Notes: generated by a model from the sequence alone, not told the origin. 64,000 nt of DNA from Candidatus Sericytochromatia bacterium (GCA_036676985.1 JAKFBU010000038.1:172468-236467), one strand, 5' to 3'. Shown: positions 18,669 through 28,722, counted from the stretch's first letter. Program-made: numbers and translations.

Positions 18669-19157
18669 TTGGGTCCGAACCTCATCGTCCTCCTGGTCCT
18701 CGCCTACGGCTTTCTGCGCTCGAAGATGCCGGAGAGCCTGTGGCCCCAGGCGCCCGACCTCAAGGGCTACTTGATCGGTGCGCTGTTCCCGCCCCTCCTG
18801 GACTTGGTGGCCATGGGGGCGGTCGCCCTCTACGCCGCTGTCAACTTCCAGCGCTTCAAGTGGTTCACCCGGGTCTTCGTGGTGGCCGCCATGGCGGCCG
18901 GCGTCCTCGCCTTCCTGATCGCGGAGGCTCCGGTCATGGCGGACATCGGGCACCTCGAGCTCCGGCAGGGCGTCGTCACCAAGAAGCTCGGGAACCGGAC
19001 CGTGGAGCTCGGCGACGTCCGCGGCCCGGAGTATGCGACGTCCTCCCTGCGCCTGCCCCATGCCGACGAGTACGAGCGGGTCCCGACGGGCATCCCCGTC
19101 GAGTTCCAGGTGGCCCCGAAGCTGGGCGTCGGCTACGTCATCGGTGTCCTAGAGTAG
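18669..19157 (+). CDS. Hypothetical membrane protein
   Basis: Three hydrophobic segments plus a beta-rich C-terminus. Starts 2 bp after the upstream stop, with GGAG RBS. Confidence 0.7.
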   Translation: MGPNLIVLLVLAYGFLRSKMPESLWPQAPDLKGYLIGALFPPLLDLVAMGAVALYAAVNFQRFKWFTRVFVVAAMAAGVLAFLIAEAPVMADIGHLELRQGVVTKKLGNRTVELGDVRGPEYATSSLRLPHADEYERVPTGIPVEFQVAPKLGVGYVIGVLE

Positions 19158-19242
19158 CGCCGGGCGCACGGACGGCCGTTCTGTTACAATTTGAATCGAT
19201 CCATCGCTGTAAGGGTGCGATGACGCACGTTTAGGAGTTGAT

Positions 19243-20790
19243 ATGAATCCCGGTACGACCATGCAACACGATGGCCAGACGCTGCACGACGCGATCGGCC
19301 AGATCAAAAAGGGCGGCGCCCAGAAGTACCACGACGCCAACGCCAAGAACGGCAAGTTGTTTGTCCGCGATCGCCTCAAGCTCCTCTTCGACGAGGGCTT
19401 CGAGCTCGAAGATGCCATGTTCGCCAACTTCCTGGCGGGTGATTTGCCCGCGGACGGCGTCTTCACCGGCATCGGCAAGGTGAACGGCCGCACGGTCTGC
19501 GTCATGGCCAACGATTCGACGGTCAAGGCGGGTTCGTGGGGCTACCGCACGGTCGAGAAGATCATCCGCATCCAGGAGACGGCCGCCAAGCTCCAGGTGC
19601 CCATGATCTACCTCGACGACAGCGCGGGCGCGCGTATCACCGACCAGGTCGAGATGTTCCCCGGCCGCCGCGGCGCCGGCAAGATCTTCTACAACGAGGT
19701 CAAGATGAGCGGCACCGTGCCGCAGATCTGCGTGCTCTTCGGCCCGGCGGCCGCCGGCGGTGCCTACATCCCGGCCTTCTGCGACATCACGATCATGGTC
19801 GAGAAGAACGCCAGCATGTACCTGGGCAGCCCCCGCATGGCCGAGATGGTCATCGGCGAGAAGGTCTCGCTGGAGGAGATGGGCGGCGCCCGCATGCACT
19901 GCTCGGTCTCGGGCTGCGGCGACGTGCTCGTGCAGACCGAGGAGGAGGCGATCGCCGCCCTCAAGCGCTACCTCGAGTTCTTCCCCCAGAACTACACCGA
20001 GAAGGCCCCCGTGCTGCCCTCGATCGAGCCCAAGGCGGGCAAGGAGATCGAGGCCATCATCCCGGCCAACCAGAACCAGCCCTTCAACATGTACGAGCTG
20101 CTCGATCGTCTGATCGACGAGGGGTCGTTCTTCGAGATCAAGAAGCTCTTCGCGCAGGAGCTCGTCACGGGCTTCGCCCGCATCGGCGGCCGCGCGGTGG
20201 GCATCCTCGCCAACCAGCCCCGTGTCAAGGGCGGCGTGCTCTTCACGGACACGGCCGACAAGGCGGCGCGCTTCATCTGGCTGTGCGACGCCTTCAACAT
20301 CCCCCTGCTGTTCCTCGCGGACGTGCCGGGCTTCATGATCGGCTCGAAGGTCGAGAAGGAAGGCATCATCCGCCACGGCGCCAAGATGATCTCGGCGGTG
20401 TCGGACGCGACGGTGCCCAAGATCTCGGTCATCCTCCGCAAGGCCTACGGTGCGGGCCTGTACGCGATGGCGGGCCCGGCCTTCGAGCCGGACGTCTGCC
20501 TGGCGCTGCCCTCGGCCATGATCGCCGTCATGGGCCCCGAGGCCGCGATCAACGCGGTCTATGCCAACAAGATCGCCGAGCTGCCGGAAGCGGAGCGTGC
20601 GGCCTACGTCGCCGAGAAGCGCGAGGAGTACCAGCGGGACATCGACATCTACCGCCTGGCCTCGGAGCTCGTCATCGACGGCATCATCGAGCCGGCCTTG
20701 CTGCGTGATGAGCTCATCAAGCGCTTTGCCGCGTACGAGACCAAGGAAGTTCCCCCGGCGCCCAAGCGCCGGTCGGTGCTGCCCGTCTAA
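19243..20790 (+). CDS. Acyl-CoA carboxylase carboxyltransferase subunit (methylcrotonyl-CoA carboxylase beta/YngE-like)
   Basis: GKLFVRDRL, ANDSTVKAGSWG, DSAGARITDQ, ADVPGFMIG, RKAYGAGLYAM. Confidence 0.93.
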   Translation: MNPGTTMQHDGQTLHDAIGQIKKGGAQKYHDANAKNGKLFVRDRLKLLFDEGFELEDAMFANFLAGDLPADGVFTGIGKVNGRTVCVMANDSTVKAGSWGYRTVEKIIRIQETAAKLQVPMIYLDDSAGARITDQVEMFPGRRGAGKIFYNEVKMSGTVPQICVLFGPAAAGGAYIPAFCDITIMVEKNASMYLGSPRMAEMVIGEKVSLEEMGGARMHCSVSGCGDVLVQTEEEAIAALKRYLEFFPQNYTEKAPVLPSIEPKAGKEIEAIIPANQNQPFNMYELLDRLIDEGSFFEIKKLFAQELVTGFARIGGRAVGILANQPRVKGGVLFTDTADKAARFIWLCDAFNIPLLFLADVPGFMIGSKVEKEGIIRHGAKMISAVSDATVPKISVILRKAYGAGLYAMAGPAFEPDVCLALPSAMIAVMGPEAAINAVYANKIAELPEAERAAYVAEKREEYQRDIDIYRLASELVIDGIIEPALLRDELIKRFAAYETKEVPPAPKRRSVLPV

Positions 20791-20802
20791 TCATCCGGTT
20801 AC

Positions 20803-20833
20803 GAGGCCCCCTCGCTTGCGAGGGGGCCTTTAT
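20803..20833 (+). terminator. Intrinsic terminator
   Basis: AGGCCCCCTCGC-TT-GCGAGGGGGCCT followed by TTAT. Confidence 0.7.
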
Positions 20834-20904
20834 TCATGGGAGGGCCGACTGATCTACCCCGGTAAGAGCCGTACCCTCGCCAAACAAACGGGTATACCAC
20901 CCCT

Positions 20905-21399
20905 ATGAACCAGCAAAGGGATAGTCTCACGCACTCCGGCGGCGTCGTGCTGCGCTCCAGCTCGCGTCGCTGCCTGCTGTTCGCCCTGCCGCTTCTCGTC
21001 CTGACCGTCATCAGCCTCGCGACGACCTGGCAGAAACCGCATGCCCTGCTTCCCTTGCTGCTCTTCGGCCTGTTCATAGGCGCTCCGTTCATCTGGTGGG
21101 CCATCGCTCACCAAATCGAACTGACCGCCGAACGCGTGCGCCACCGGATCCCCCTCGCTCCCGTGCGCGAGGTCGCTCTGGCCGACCTGGAGCTCGTCGA
21201 CCTCCGCCCCTCGGACCGACGCTGGCCCTGTCCTGTCTACGTCGTCACCCTGGCGACCAGGCAAGGCGACTACCTGCCCTTCGAGACGGCCAACTTCACA
21301 TCGCCGGACCTGCGGGCCTTCTTGGATGACCTCATGGCCCGGGCCCCGCATGCGTCCTACACCGACCGCGCGGTAACCCTTCTGACCTCAGGGCTTTGA
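20905..21399 (+). CDS. Hypothetical membrane protein (2 TM plus possible PH-like domain)
   Basis: Two hydrophobic helices followed by IELTAERVRHR...EVALADL. Confidence 0.6.
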   Translation: MNQQRDSLTHSGGVVLRSSSRRCLLFALPLLVLTVISLATTWQKPHALLPLLLFGLFIGAPFIWWAIAHQIELTAERVRHRIPLAPVREVALADLELVDLRPSDRRWPCPVYVVTLATRQGDYLPFETANFTSPDLRAFLDDLMARAPHASYTDRAVTLLTSGL

Positions 21400-21430
21400 C
21401 CGCATCGGGATGAGCCCTGGACCCGAAACG

Positions 21431-21468
21431 AGGACGCAGGCCCCCGGCGAACCGGGGGCCTGCGTCCT
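21431..21468. terminator. Strong hairpin between convergent genes
   Basis: AGGACGCAGGCCCCCGG-CGAA-CCGGGGGCCTGCGTCCT, a perfect 17-bp stem. Confidence 0.7.
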
Positions 21469-21482
21469 GGGGAGGACCTGTT

Positions 21483-23126
21483 TTAGGGCGTCACTTCCAG
21501 GATCGTGACCGACGCCTTCGGGAACGTGTACGCACCCGACAGGGAGGCCGCGGTCGACGTCGTGTAGACGTCCGTGGTCGAGTTCCAGCCGCTGTTCCCG
21601 CGCAGGGTATGGGCCGTCACCTGCTTCGGCGTGAAGCCGAGCGCCACGTGCGTGCTCACGTCCGAGTCGTTCGTGCGGTTGGTGACCATCACGTACACCT
21701 TGCCGTTCGACGCCTTCGAGGCCGTGAAGGCCAGCTTGGGCATGTCGAGGTTGGCGCTCGCGCCGTTCACGTGCACCGTCGGGATGGCCTGGCCCTCGGT
21801 CTTGAGTACCGAATCCCCCCAGTTCTTGGCGAGCATCTTCTGGAACTGGAAGATGGGCGTGACCTGGTTGGCATCGTTGTTGTAGAAGAAGGCCGCGTCC
21901 GACAGCTCGCCGTGATCCAGGCAGAACTGGTTCGCGATGATCATGGCGTGGTTGAAGCCCAGCGTCAGCGTGTCCGCCGAATACAGGGCGCCGAACATGC
22001 CGCGTGACTTGGCCGCGTCGTTGTACTGCTCGGTGAAGAACTCGGTGTTGGCGATGTAGACCGGATGCTTGGCGTACTGCTTGATGGCGGGCACGATCTC
22101 GGTGCGGAGCTTGTTATCGTTCCAAGCGTTCTGGGCCATGATGGTCAGCAGGTCGCCATCCTTCTTGAGCGGCCAGCTGGGATAGCCGTGGTAGATGAGG
22201 AAGTCCACGTCCGTGCCCATGGTCGTCAGGATGTTCTTGACCGTCGCGGCGCCGCCGCTCCAGCCGTCGCCCAGCCAGTTCGAGTTGGTCGTCGCCACCG
22301 CGCCGATCTTGATGGGCGTGGGGCTCGACTTGCGCATGGCCTGGGCGTACAGCTTGGCGCGCTGGGCGTACTTGGTCTCGGTGGAGGCGTACTCGGAGTG
22401 CCCGCGCACCGTCGACCAGCTGATCTCGTTGCCGATCTCGAAGAACTTGGCGTTCTGGACGGGGAAGGGGTACTGCTTGCGGTTCGCGTCGTCGGGGTTG
22501 TTCAGGTAGCTGACGTAGCGGCCGGCCTCCTCGGGAGTGCCCGTGCCGAAGTTCACGACATGCAGCTGCTCGGCGTCGAGGCTGTTGGCTTCCTTGAGGG
22601 CATTGCGGAGGTCGTCGTAGGGGTAGCCGCCGTTCTTGTTCCAGCTCTGCTCGAAGTGGTAGCCCGTCATGTAGTTGTAGTCATGACGTCCGTCGGTCGG
22701 ACCATGGCCGATCCGGTACATGTAGCGGGCAGCTCCCCAAGTGGGACGGAGCTCCTTCATCTTCTCGAGCTTCGCGGCGCCGTTCGGGAAGTTGTCCGAC
22801 GTGTGGTTGCGGTTGGTCGTGAGCATGTACGAGCTCGCGGGCGCCAGCACGTCGTTGACGTACACCTTGATGCCGGTCGAGCCCGAGGGCACCGTGGGCG
22901 CCTGGGCGGGCAGGGTCGGTGTCGTCGCGCCGCCGTCGGTCGAGCCGCCGCCGCCCGAGACCGGAGGCTTGGCGCCAGGAAACTGGATGGAGCCGCCCGG
23001 GAGGTTGATCGTGACGGGACCGGTGGGAAGGGGAACGTTCGCGAGGTTCTCGACCCCGCAACCGGCCATGGAGAGGATCAAGAGGCTGCCTGCGAGGGGG
23101 AAGAGAGCGGAAGTGTATCGGTTCAA
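21483..23126 (-). CDS. Clan GH-A glycoside hydrolase lipoprotein (GH51/GH79-like, with C-terminal beta-sandwich)
   Basis: TTG start after AAAGGA. Lipobox MAGC, Pro/Gly linker. VNFGTGTPEEA, FEIGNE (acid/base), IANTEF (nucleophile), C-terminal YTFPKASVTILE. Confidence 0.8.
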   Translation of the reverse strand: MNRYTSALFPLAGSLLILSMAGCGVENLANVPLPTGPVTINLPGGSIQFPGAKPPVSGGGGSTDGGATTPTLPAQAPTVPSGSTGIKVYVNDVLAPASSYMLTTNRNHTSDNFPNGAAKLEKMKELRPTWGAARYMYRIGHGPTDGRHDYNYMTGYHFEQSWNKNGGYPYDDLRNALKEANSLDAEQLHVVNFGTGTPEEAGRYVSYLNNPDDANRKQYPFPVQNAKFFEIGNEISWSTVRGHSEYASTETKYAQRAKLYAQAMRKSSPTPIKIGAVATTNSNWLGDGWSGGAATVKNILTTMGTDVDFLIYHGYPSWPLKKDGDLLTIMAQNAWNDNKLRTEIVPAIKQYAKHPVYIANTEFFTEQYNDAAKSRGMFGALYSADTLTLGFNHAMIIANQFCLDHGELSDAAFFYNNDANQVTPIFQFQKMLAKNWGDSVLKTEGQAIPTVHVNGASANLDMPKLAFTASKASNGKVYVMVTNRTNDSDVSTHVALGFTPKQVTAHTLRGNSGWNSTTDVYTTSTAASLSGAYTFPKASVTILEVTP

Positions 23127-23411
23127 AGGAGGTGTCCTTTCCGGGTGCAAGACGCGCATGAAGAGGCTGCGTTTCGCGTCGTATGGGCTGCAAATGCGCT
23201 CAACGACGGTGTTTGGCGCTTCGGTGCCGTCTATATACCCGCAATATTGTGAAGTTGCGTGTCACTTAGTAATACTTAACGGTGTCGACACGCCGGTTTC
23301 GGGGAGCGACACCGGGTGCCCAGCCTTGAGACGAGACGGGTTGGGGAATGTTCCGTGCTCGAAAAAATACCCCCGGCCGTGGCCGGGGGTATTGCGGACC
23401 AGTGCGGGCGA

Positions 23412-24620
23412 CTAGTACCCGAGCAGATAGGTCGAAAGGCGCTGGTGGAAGCTGTCCGGCCCCAGGGAGGCCGGGTTCTGCTGCACCTTGGCGTCGGCCG
23501 CGGCGACGGCCGCCTTGGGGTCCGAATTGACCTGCGGCCCCGCGGCCGTGGGGAGCTGGCCGTCCAGCGGGCGGGCCGTGTTGTACACGCCGAAGCCGCC
23601 CATGGCCACGGCCTGCATGGGGCTGCGATCGCCCGCGACGAACGCCTGCGCCCGCGTGACGGCCGCATCGAGCATGTCCAGCAGCTCCTGGGCGCCCGCG
23701 CGATGCACCGCGCCGTCATAGGCGGGATCCTGCCGCGCGACGAGCTCCGCGACCCGGTCGCGCTGACCCGTCAGGTACTGCGCCATCGCCTCGGGCCGGC
23801 TCAGGTCGGGGCTGATGCCCGCCGTGCGCAGCGTGGCATCGGAATTCTGCTGCATGGGCACGTCCCAGAACAGCGTCTGGGCGATGGCTCCGAGCTCCCG
23901 GGTGGCCTCGGATCCCGGGAAGAGGTCGTTCTTGCCCTGCTCTCCCACCCACTGCATCTGGGAACCGCGCGTGCCCGCGCCGAAGTAGTTGGCGAAGGGA
24001 GCCATGTAGTCCCGGAAGCGCTCCATGTCGCCCTGGGTCGAGAGGGCCCCGGGACCTCCGTTGCGCGAGCCCTCGGGATAGGGCCACAGGACCTGGACCG
24101 ACTTGTCGCTGCCGGGCACGTTCAGCGCCATGGGCGTGCCGGCCTGGAAGGCGGCGTCGACCCGGGCGGCCCGCTTGGCGAACTCGGGGCTCGCGACCAG
24201 GTTCTCGAGGAAGGCCTGGCGATCGCCCCCCACGTTGGAGAGGCCGCGCTCCAGCTCATCACGGGAGGGAGCCCGTCCCAGGGCCTCGCGGAAGGCGCCC
24301 TGCACGAAGATGGCGTCGTCCGAGAGCGCGCGCAGGTCGGGCCGGCGCGCGTGCATGCGATCGACGGCAGGAGCGGCGGCTGCGGCCACGGGGGCCGCGT
24401 CCAGGATCGCCCCCACTCGCGCCAGGCTCGGCAAGGGATCCGCCAAGCCACGCGTGCTCTCGTGACCGAACCGCGCCCGATCGAGCGGGGCGGTGGTGCG
24501 CGGCGCGTCCGCAGCGTCCAGCGGACGCGTCGGAGCGGGCCGCGCGGCCGGGTTGAGGCCGGGGCGGGCGATGGGGGGGCGTATGGAGTTGGGGTTGATC
24601 CGAAAGTCGTCGGACACCAT
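23412..24620 (-). CDS. Hypothetical protein with DUF4214-like segment
   Basis: FVQGAFREALGRAPS...FLENLVASPEF resembles DUF4214. GGAGG RBS. Pro/Ala-rich N-terminus with no signal peptide. Confidence 0.7.
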   Translation of the reverse strand: MVSDDFRINPNSIRPPIARPGLNPAARPAPTRPLDAADAPRTTAPLDRARFGHESTRGLADPLPSLARVGAILDAAPVAAAAAPAVDRMHARRPDLRALSDDAIFVQGAFREALGRAPSRDELERGLSNVGGDRQAFLENLVASPEFAKRAARVDAAFQAGTPMALNVPGSDKSVQVLWPYPEGSRNGGPGALSTQGDMERFRDYMAPFANYFGAGTRGSQMQWVGEQGKNDLFPGSEATRELGAIAQTLFWDVPMQQNSDATLRTAGISPDLSRPEAMAQYLTGQRDRVAELVARQDPAYDGAVHRAGAQELLDMLDAAVTRAQAFVAGDRSPMQAVAMGGFGVYNTARPLDGQLPTAAGPQVNSDPKAAVAAADAKVQQNPASLGPDSFHQRLSTYLLGY

Positions 24621-24776
24621 TCCTCCAAGCTAGCAGCTACTTATAGGCTATGTACCCCTTGAAACAACCGAGTCTTCGTTCTTTAACACTCCTTCAACAC
24701 TCTTTTGAGCCGCACCAAACCTCCGAGACGCACCGTTAATGAAACGACCGGCGGCTTCTCGGGGTATAAGAGGCCC

Positions 24777-25364
24777 ATGGCCGATCAACCGAAGCGCCCA
24801 CCGGAAAGCTCGCGCGACTTTCTGTCCTGGGGCAAGGAGTTTCTCAAGGACGCGCTCTCCAAGACCCCCCCCGCCGAGCAGCGCCGCACGCGTCCGCTGG
24901 GCGCCGACAGCCTGGGGCGACGCCAGACGACCTTCCTCAATGAGGACGCGGTCGCCATGGCGGCCATGCCGCGGGCGTCGGTCTCGGACCTCGCGCGCCT
25001 CAACATCATCTTCACGGACAACGCCCATCGGCCCCTGTTCGAGAGCCTGGGCCGGACGGATGCGCCGTTTTCCGCCGAGACCGAGCGCATGGTGATGGAC
25101 CGCTGTCTGCTCGCGGTGCGGGAGGTCAAGGATCGCGTGGCCGCCGTCGAGGACCTGGTGCCCCGCGGCCGCTACGCGGGATTGCCCCTGGCCCAGGTGA
25201 TCGAGACCCTTTCGACGCGTGATCTGCGGCTCTTCTTCTACTTCGTGCGCGAGAACCCGCGGGCCTTCATCGGCAAGCCGCTGCGCCTCGCGGAGGCCTT
25301 CGTGGCGTGGCTCGTGGATCACGGCGACGCGGAGGCCCGTCCCGACCCGCTACCGCCCGCGTAA
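24777..25364 (+). CDS. Hypothetical protein
   Basis: Good GC3 codon bias. Start MADQPK after GAGG. Confidence 0.7.
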   Translation: MADQPKRPPESSRDFLSWGKEFLKDALSKTPPAEQRRTRPLGADSLGRRQTTFLNEDAVAMAAMPRASVSDLARLNIIFTDNAHRPLFESLGRTDAPFSAETERMVMDRCLLAVREVKDRVAAVEDLVPRGRYAGLPLAQVIETLSTRDLRLFFYFVRENPRAFIGKPLRLAEAFVAWLVDHGDAEARPDPLPPA

Positions 25365-25546
25365 ACCCACCGGTGCCAACGGACGCCGATCCTTGTTGGC
25401 CATGGTGACGAAGCCCCCTGGCACCTGCGGAGGGATCATGAGGTCACGGACGGCGGCCATTGGGCCCCCGCTTCGAGGTCGTGATGGTCTGACCTTACCG
25501 GTCACTGACGCTCCGCGACGAGCCTCTCACACCGGATAGCGACCGG

Positions 25547-25586
25547 CCCTGCTGCTCCCCGAGAGGTTGAGCGGCAGGGTTTTTTT
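25547..25586 (+). terminator. Intrinsic terminator
   Basis: CCCTGCTGCTC...GAGCGGCAGGG followed by T7. Confidence 0.8.
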
Positions 25587-25658
25587 CGTGCCGGCGTCCG
25601 ATGGAACCTTTCGGGCCCCGGCTCGTCCATGCCATGGGCGGAGGCCGGGGATGCCCCG

Positions 25659-25667
25659 TGGTATACT
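25659..25667 (+). promoter_or_regulatory. Extended -10 promoter candidate for the lpt operon
   Basis: TG-G-TATACT about 150 bp upstream of lptC. Confidence 0.4.
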
Positions 25668-25814
25668 GCTCAGGTGTTTTGCCCGGAGGAGCCCGCGCGG
25701 CGTTGATACGAGCCCTGTGGGCACCGTTCAATGCCAGGCTTTGTCCCGGTTTGGTCGCCCGCGGCGGCTGGATGGAACAGGTTTGATCGGCGCGCGCCCA
25801 TGGTTGTCAGCGGC

Positions 25815-26381
25815 ATGAAGAAGCTCCTCGTGGCGGTGAGTGTCCTCCTTATCGGCGTCGTCGCCTGGTGGGGAGCGGGCCTCGTCGCTCGGTGGACCCA
25901 GCCCCGCGCCCAGGCCTCGCCTCCGCCGCCGGCCATCGAGTTTCGCGGCGTCGACCTGGTCGAGTTCACCGAGGGCACCAAGCTCTGGGATCTGCGAGCC
26001 GAGCGGGTGCACTACGATCCGGACAGCCAGGTCGCCAACCTGGACGGGATCACGGCGCGCTTCTGGAAGGGGGGACGCCTCGTCTCGACTGCCGTGTCGC
26101 CGACGGCCGTCCTGGATTCGCGGACGCGCGACCTCCGGATGAAGGGCGGCATTCGCGTGGACTCGGCCATCGCCAACACCCAGGTGCGGGCCGACGAGGT
26201 CGTGTGGCAGGCGGCGTCCCAGTCGCTTCAGGCGAGCGGGGACGTGACCTTCCAGCGCGGGCCGAGCATGCTCACGGGGCCGGAGCTGCGGGCCGACCGC
26301 AGCCTGATGAAGGTGCAGATGGGCTCGCCGGTGCGGGCACGGATAGCGTTGGAGCCGATCATGGGAGCGGTGAAGCGATGA
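25815..26381 (+). CDS. lptC: LPS export ABC transporter periplasmic protein LptC
   Basis: N-terminal TM anchor, beta-jellyroll pattern (G.KLWDLRAE, L.M.GGIRV). Located upstream of lptA and lptB. Confidence 0.8.
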   Translation: MKKLLVAVSVLLIGVVAWWGAGLVARWTQPRAQASPPPPAIEFRGVDLVEFTEGTKLWDLRAERVHYDPDSQVANLDGITARFWKGGRLVSTAVSPTAVLDSRTRDLRMKGGIRVDSAIANTQVRADEVVWQAASQSLQASGDVTFQRGPSMLTGPELRADRSLMKVQMGSPVRARIALEPIMGAVKR

Positions 26382-26848
26382 AGATGGTACTCGGGTCGTT
26401 GCTGGTGGTGGGCCTCGCGCTCGGCCTGACGGTCGCCCCCGCGGCGTCGGCCCCCAAACCCGCCGCCAAGGCCACCCCGGCCCCCAAGGCGCGCCCGCCG
26501 CAGCCCCTGCCCGCGGCCGTGTCCCTGGACCAGATGGACATCACGGCCCGCCAGTCGGAGTACGACGGCCAGGCGCACACCTACGCCATGGAGGGCGACG
26601 TCCGCATCGCGCTGCGCGACATGATCGTCACCTGCCGCGCGGCCACCGTCTACGCCACCCCCAAGGAGGACCGCGTGGAGCGGATCGTCTTCACGGGGCA
26701 GGTGGAGGCCAAGCGCGGCAACAGCCTCTTTCGGGGCGAGAAGGTGACGTACTTCGTCTCCGACCGGCGCCTGCTCGCCGAAGGCGGCACCCACACCCGC
26801 CTGTTGGTTCCGGCCACCGGCTCGGCAACCCCCGCCGGAATCCGGTAG
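26378..26848 (+). CDS. lptA: LptA/OstA family protein
   Basis: Signal peptide, ITARQSEYD, EGDVRI, GEKVTY. ATGA overlap with lptC. Confidence 0.78.
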   Translation: MKMVLGSLLVVGLALGLTVAPAASAPKPAAKATPAPKARPPQPLPAAVSLDQMDITARQSEYDGQAHTYAMEGDVRIALRDMIVTCRAATVYATPKEDRVERIVFTGQVEAKRGNSLFRGEKVTYFVSDRRLLAEGGTHTRLLVPATGSATPAGIR

Positions 26849-26890
26849 AATCCTCTTGGCCCGCCGGCCGATCGAGATGGAGCGCCCCGC

Positions 26891-27607
26891 GTGATCGAGA
26901 CCCAGAACCTCATCAAGTCCTACCGCCAGCGACGCGTCGTCAACGACGTGTCCATCAACGTCAACCGTGGCGAGGTCGTCGGCCTCCTGGGCCCCAACGG
27001 CGCCGGCAAGACGACGACCTTCTACATGGTCACGGGCCTGGTCCGCCCCAACGAGGGCGACATCCGCCTCGACGGCGAGAGCGTCGCGGCCCTGCCCATG
27101 CACATGCGGGCCCGCAAGGGCATCGGCTACCTGGCGCAGGAGCCCTCCGTGTTCCGGAAGCTCTCGGTCGAAGAAAACCTCTTGGCGGTCTGGGAGCTGC
27201 TGGGCCTCAAGCGCGCCGAGCAGAAGGAGCGCCTCGAGGAGCTCCTGGACGAGTTCCACATCCAGAAGATCCGCAAGTCCAAGGGCTACCAGCTCTCGGG
27301 CGGCGAGCGCCGGCGCGTCGAGATCGCCCGCGCCATGGCCACCAACCCGAGCTTCCTCTTGCTGGACGAGCCCTTCAGCGGCATCGACCCGTTGGCCATC
27401 TCGGACATCCAGAAGATGATCCGGCAGCTCAAGAGCCGCAACCTGGGCATCCTCATCACGGACCACAACGTCCGAGACACCCTCGCCATCACGGACCGCG
27501 CCTACATCCTCGCCGAGGGCAGGATCGTGGTCCAGGGGACGCCCGACTTCATCGCCAACAACGAGCTCGCCCGCAAGTTCTACCTGGGAGAAGAGTTCAG
27601 TCTGTGA
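26891..27607 (+). CDS. lptB: LPS export ABC transporter ATP-binding protein
   Basis: GLLGPNGAGKTTTFYM, LSGGERRRVEIAR, LLDEPF, ITDHNVR, YLGEEF. Confidence 0.95.
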   Translation: MIETQNLIKSYRQRRVVNDVSINVNRGEVVGLLGPNGAGKTTTFYMVTGLVRPNEGDIRLDGESVAALPMHMRARKGIGYLAQEPSVFRKLSVEENLLAVWELLGLKRAEQKERLEELLDEFHIQKIRKSKGYQLSGGERRRVEIARAMATNPSFLLLDEPFSGIDPLAISDIQKMIRQLKSRNLGILITDHNVRDTLAITDRAYILAEGRIVVQGTPDFIANNELARKFYLGEEFSL

Positions 27608-28722
27608 GCAGTTGGCGGTTTCCCGGACTCTCCATCGTCGATCGCTACTTGATCGGCGAGCTGTTGGGCCCCTTCCTCTTCGGGGTCGCGGCCTTCACGG
27701 CCATCATGACGGCCACCTCGGTCCTCTTCGAGCTCATCACGCTCATGGTCCGCTTCGGGCTGCCCGTGGCGGCGGTCCTCCAGGTGCTGGCGTTGCGCCT
27801 GCCCGAGATGGCCTTCTACACCTTCCCCATGTCGATGCTGCTCGCGAGCCTCTTGGCCTTCGGCCGGCTCTCGGGGGACAGCGAGATCACGGCCCTCAAG
27901 GCGTGCGGCGTCTCCCTGTTCCGGATCATGGCCCCGGTGGCCATCGTGAGCCTGCTCGTCAGCGGGGCGACCGTCGCCCTCAACGAGTACGTGGTGCCCA
28001 GCGCCGAGTGGGCCGCCAAGAACATCCTCTACGAGGCCCAGCACCAGAAGAAGCTGCCCACCGCCCGCGACAACGTCTTCTACCAGGAGCTCGAGGCGGG
28101 CCGCCTCAAGCGCGTCTTCTACGCGCGCACCTTCGACGGCGAGCAGATGCGCAACGTGCTGGTGCAGGAGTTCGAGGGCGATCGCCTCGACCGGATCATC
28201 CACGCCGACCGCGCGCGCTGGGAGTCGGGGGCCTGGACCTTCCTGGACGGCACCCTCTACCAGATGGCCGACAACGGCGAGTACCGGATCTTCGTGCGCT
28301 TCAAGGAGCAGCGCGTCCAGCTGCGCGAGGCCCTCTTGGACCTGTCGAGCGAGCGGCGCACGCCGACCGAGATGAACATCCGCGAGCTGAGGGGCCACAT
28401 CCAGCGCCTGGAGGAGAGCGGACAGCAAGGTAGCGGGCTGAATGAGTTGCGAGTACAATTGCATCAGAAGCTGTCCGTACCGTTTGCAAGTATGGTGTTC
28501 ATGCTGGTCGGGGCCCCCTTGGGGCTGCGGCCCAATCGCAGTTCCTCGGGCATCGGCCTGGGGCTGAGCATCCTCATCATCTTCGTCTACTACCTGGCCA
28601 TGTTCACGTTCATGGCCCTCGGACAGACCGGGGTCCTGCCGCCCGTGGTGGCGGCATGGATGCCCAACCTACTCGGAGCCGCCGTCGGGATCGGGCTGAT
28701 CGCCCGGGCCGCGCAGAAGTAA
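27604..28722 (+). CDS. LptF/LptG family permease (single copy)
   Basis: [33 protein letters not shown]. 3 TM, periplasmic jellyroll, 3 TM. Confidence 0.9.
   Translation: MSSWRFPGLSIVDRYLIGELLGPFLFGVAAFTAIMTATSVLFELITLMVRFGLPVAAVLQVLALRLPEMAFYTFPMSMLLASLLAFGRLSGDSEITALKACGVSLFRIMAPVAIVSLLVSGATVALNEYVVPSAEWAAKNILYEAQHQKKLPTARDNVFYQELEAGRLKRVFYARTFDGEQMRNVLVQEFEGDRLDRIIHADRARWESGAWTFLDGTLYQMADNGEYRIFVRFKEQRVQLREALLDLSSERRTPTEMNIRELRGHIQRLEESGQQGSGLNELRVQLHQKLSVPFASMVFMLVGAPLGLRPNRSSSGIGLGLSILIIFVYYLAMFTFMALGQTGVLPPVVAAWMPNLLGAAVGIGLIARAAQK

Noticed and set aside
23130-23400. Riboswitch in the leader of the glycoside hydrolase
   Set aside because: No recognisable c-di-GMP, TPP or other aptamer core. 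Only a GGGTAT promoter-like box and weak hairpins.
25370-25440. SAM-I riboswitch-like words (GGTGCCAA, GAAGCCCCCTGGCACCTGC, GGAGGGA) upstream of the operon ending in ahcY
   Set aside because: The words are in the wrong order and I could not build the P1-P4 pairing. Probably chance in GC-rich DNA.
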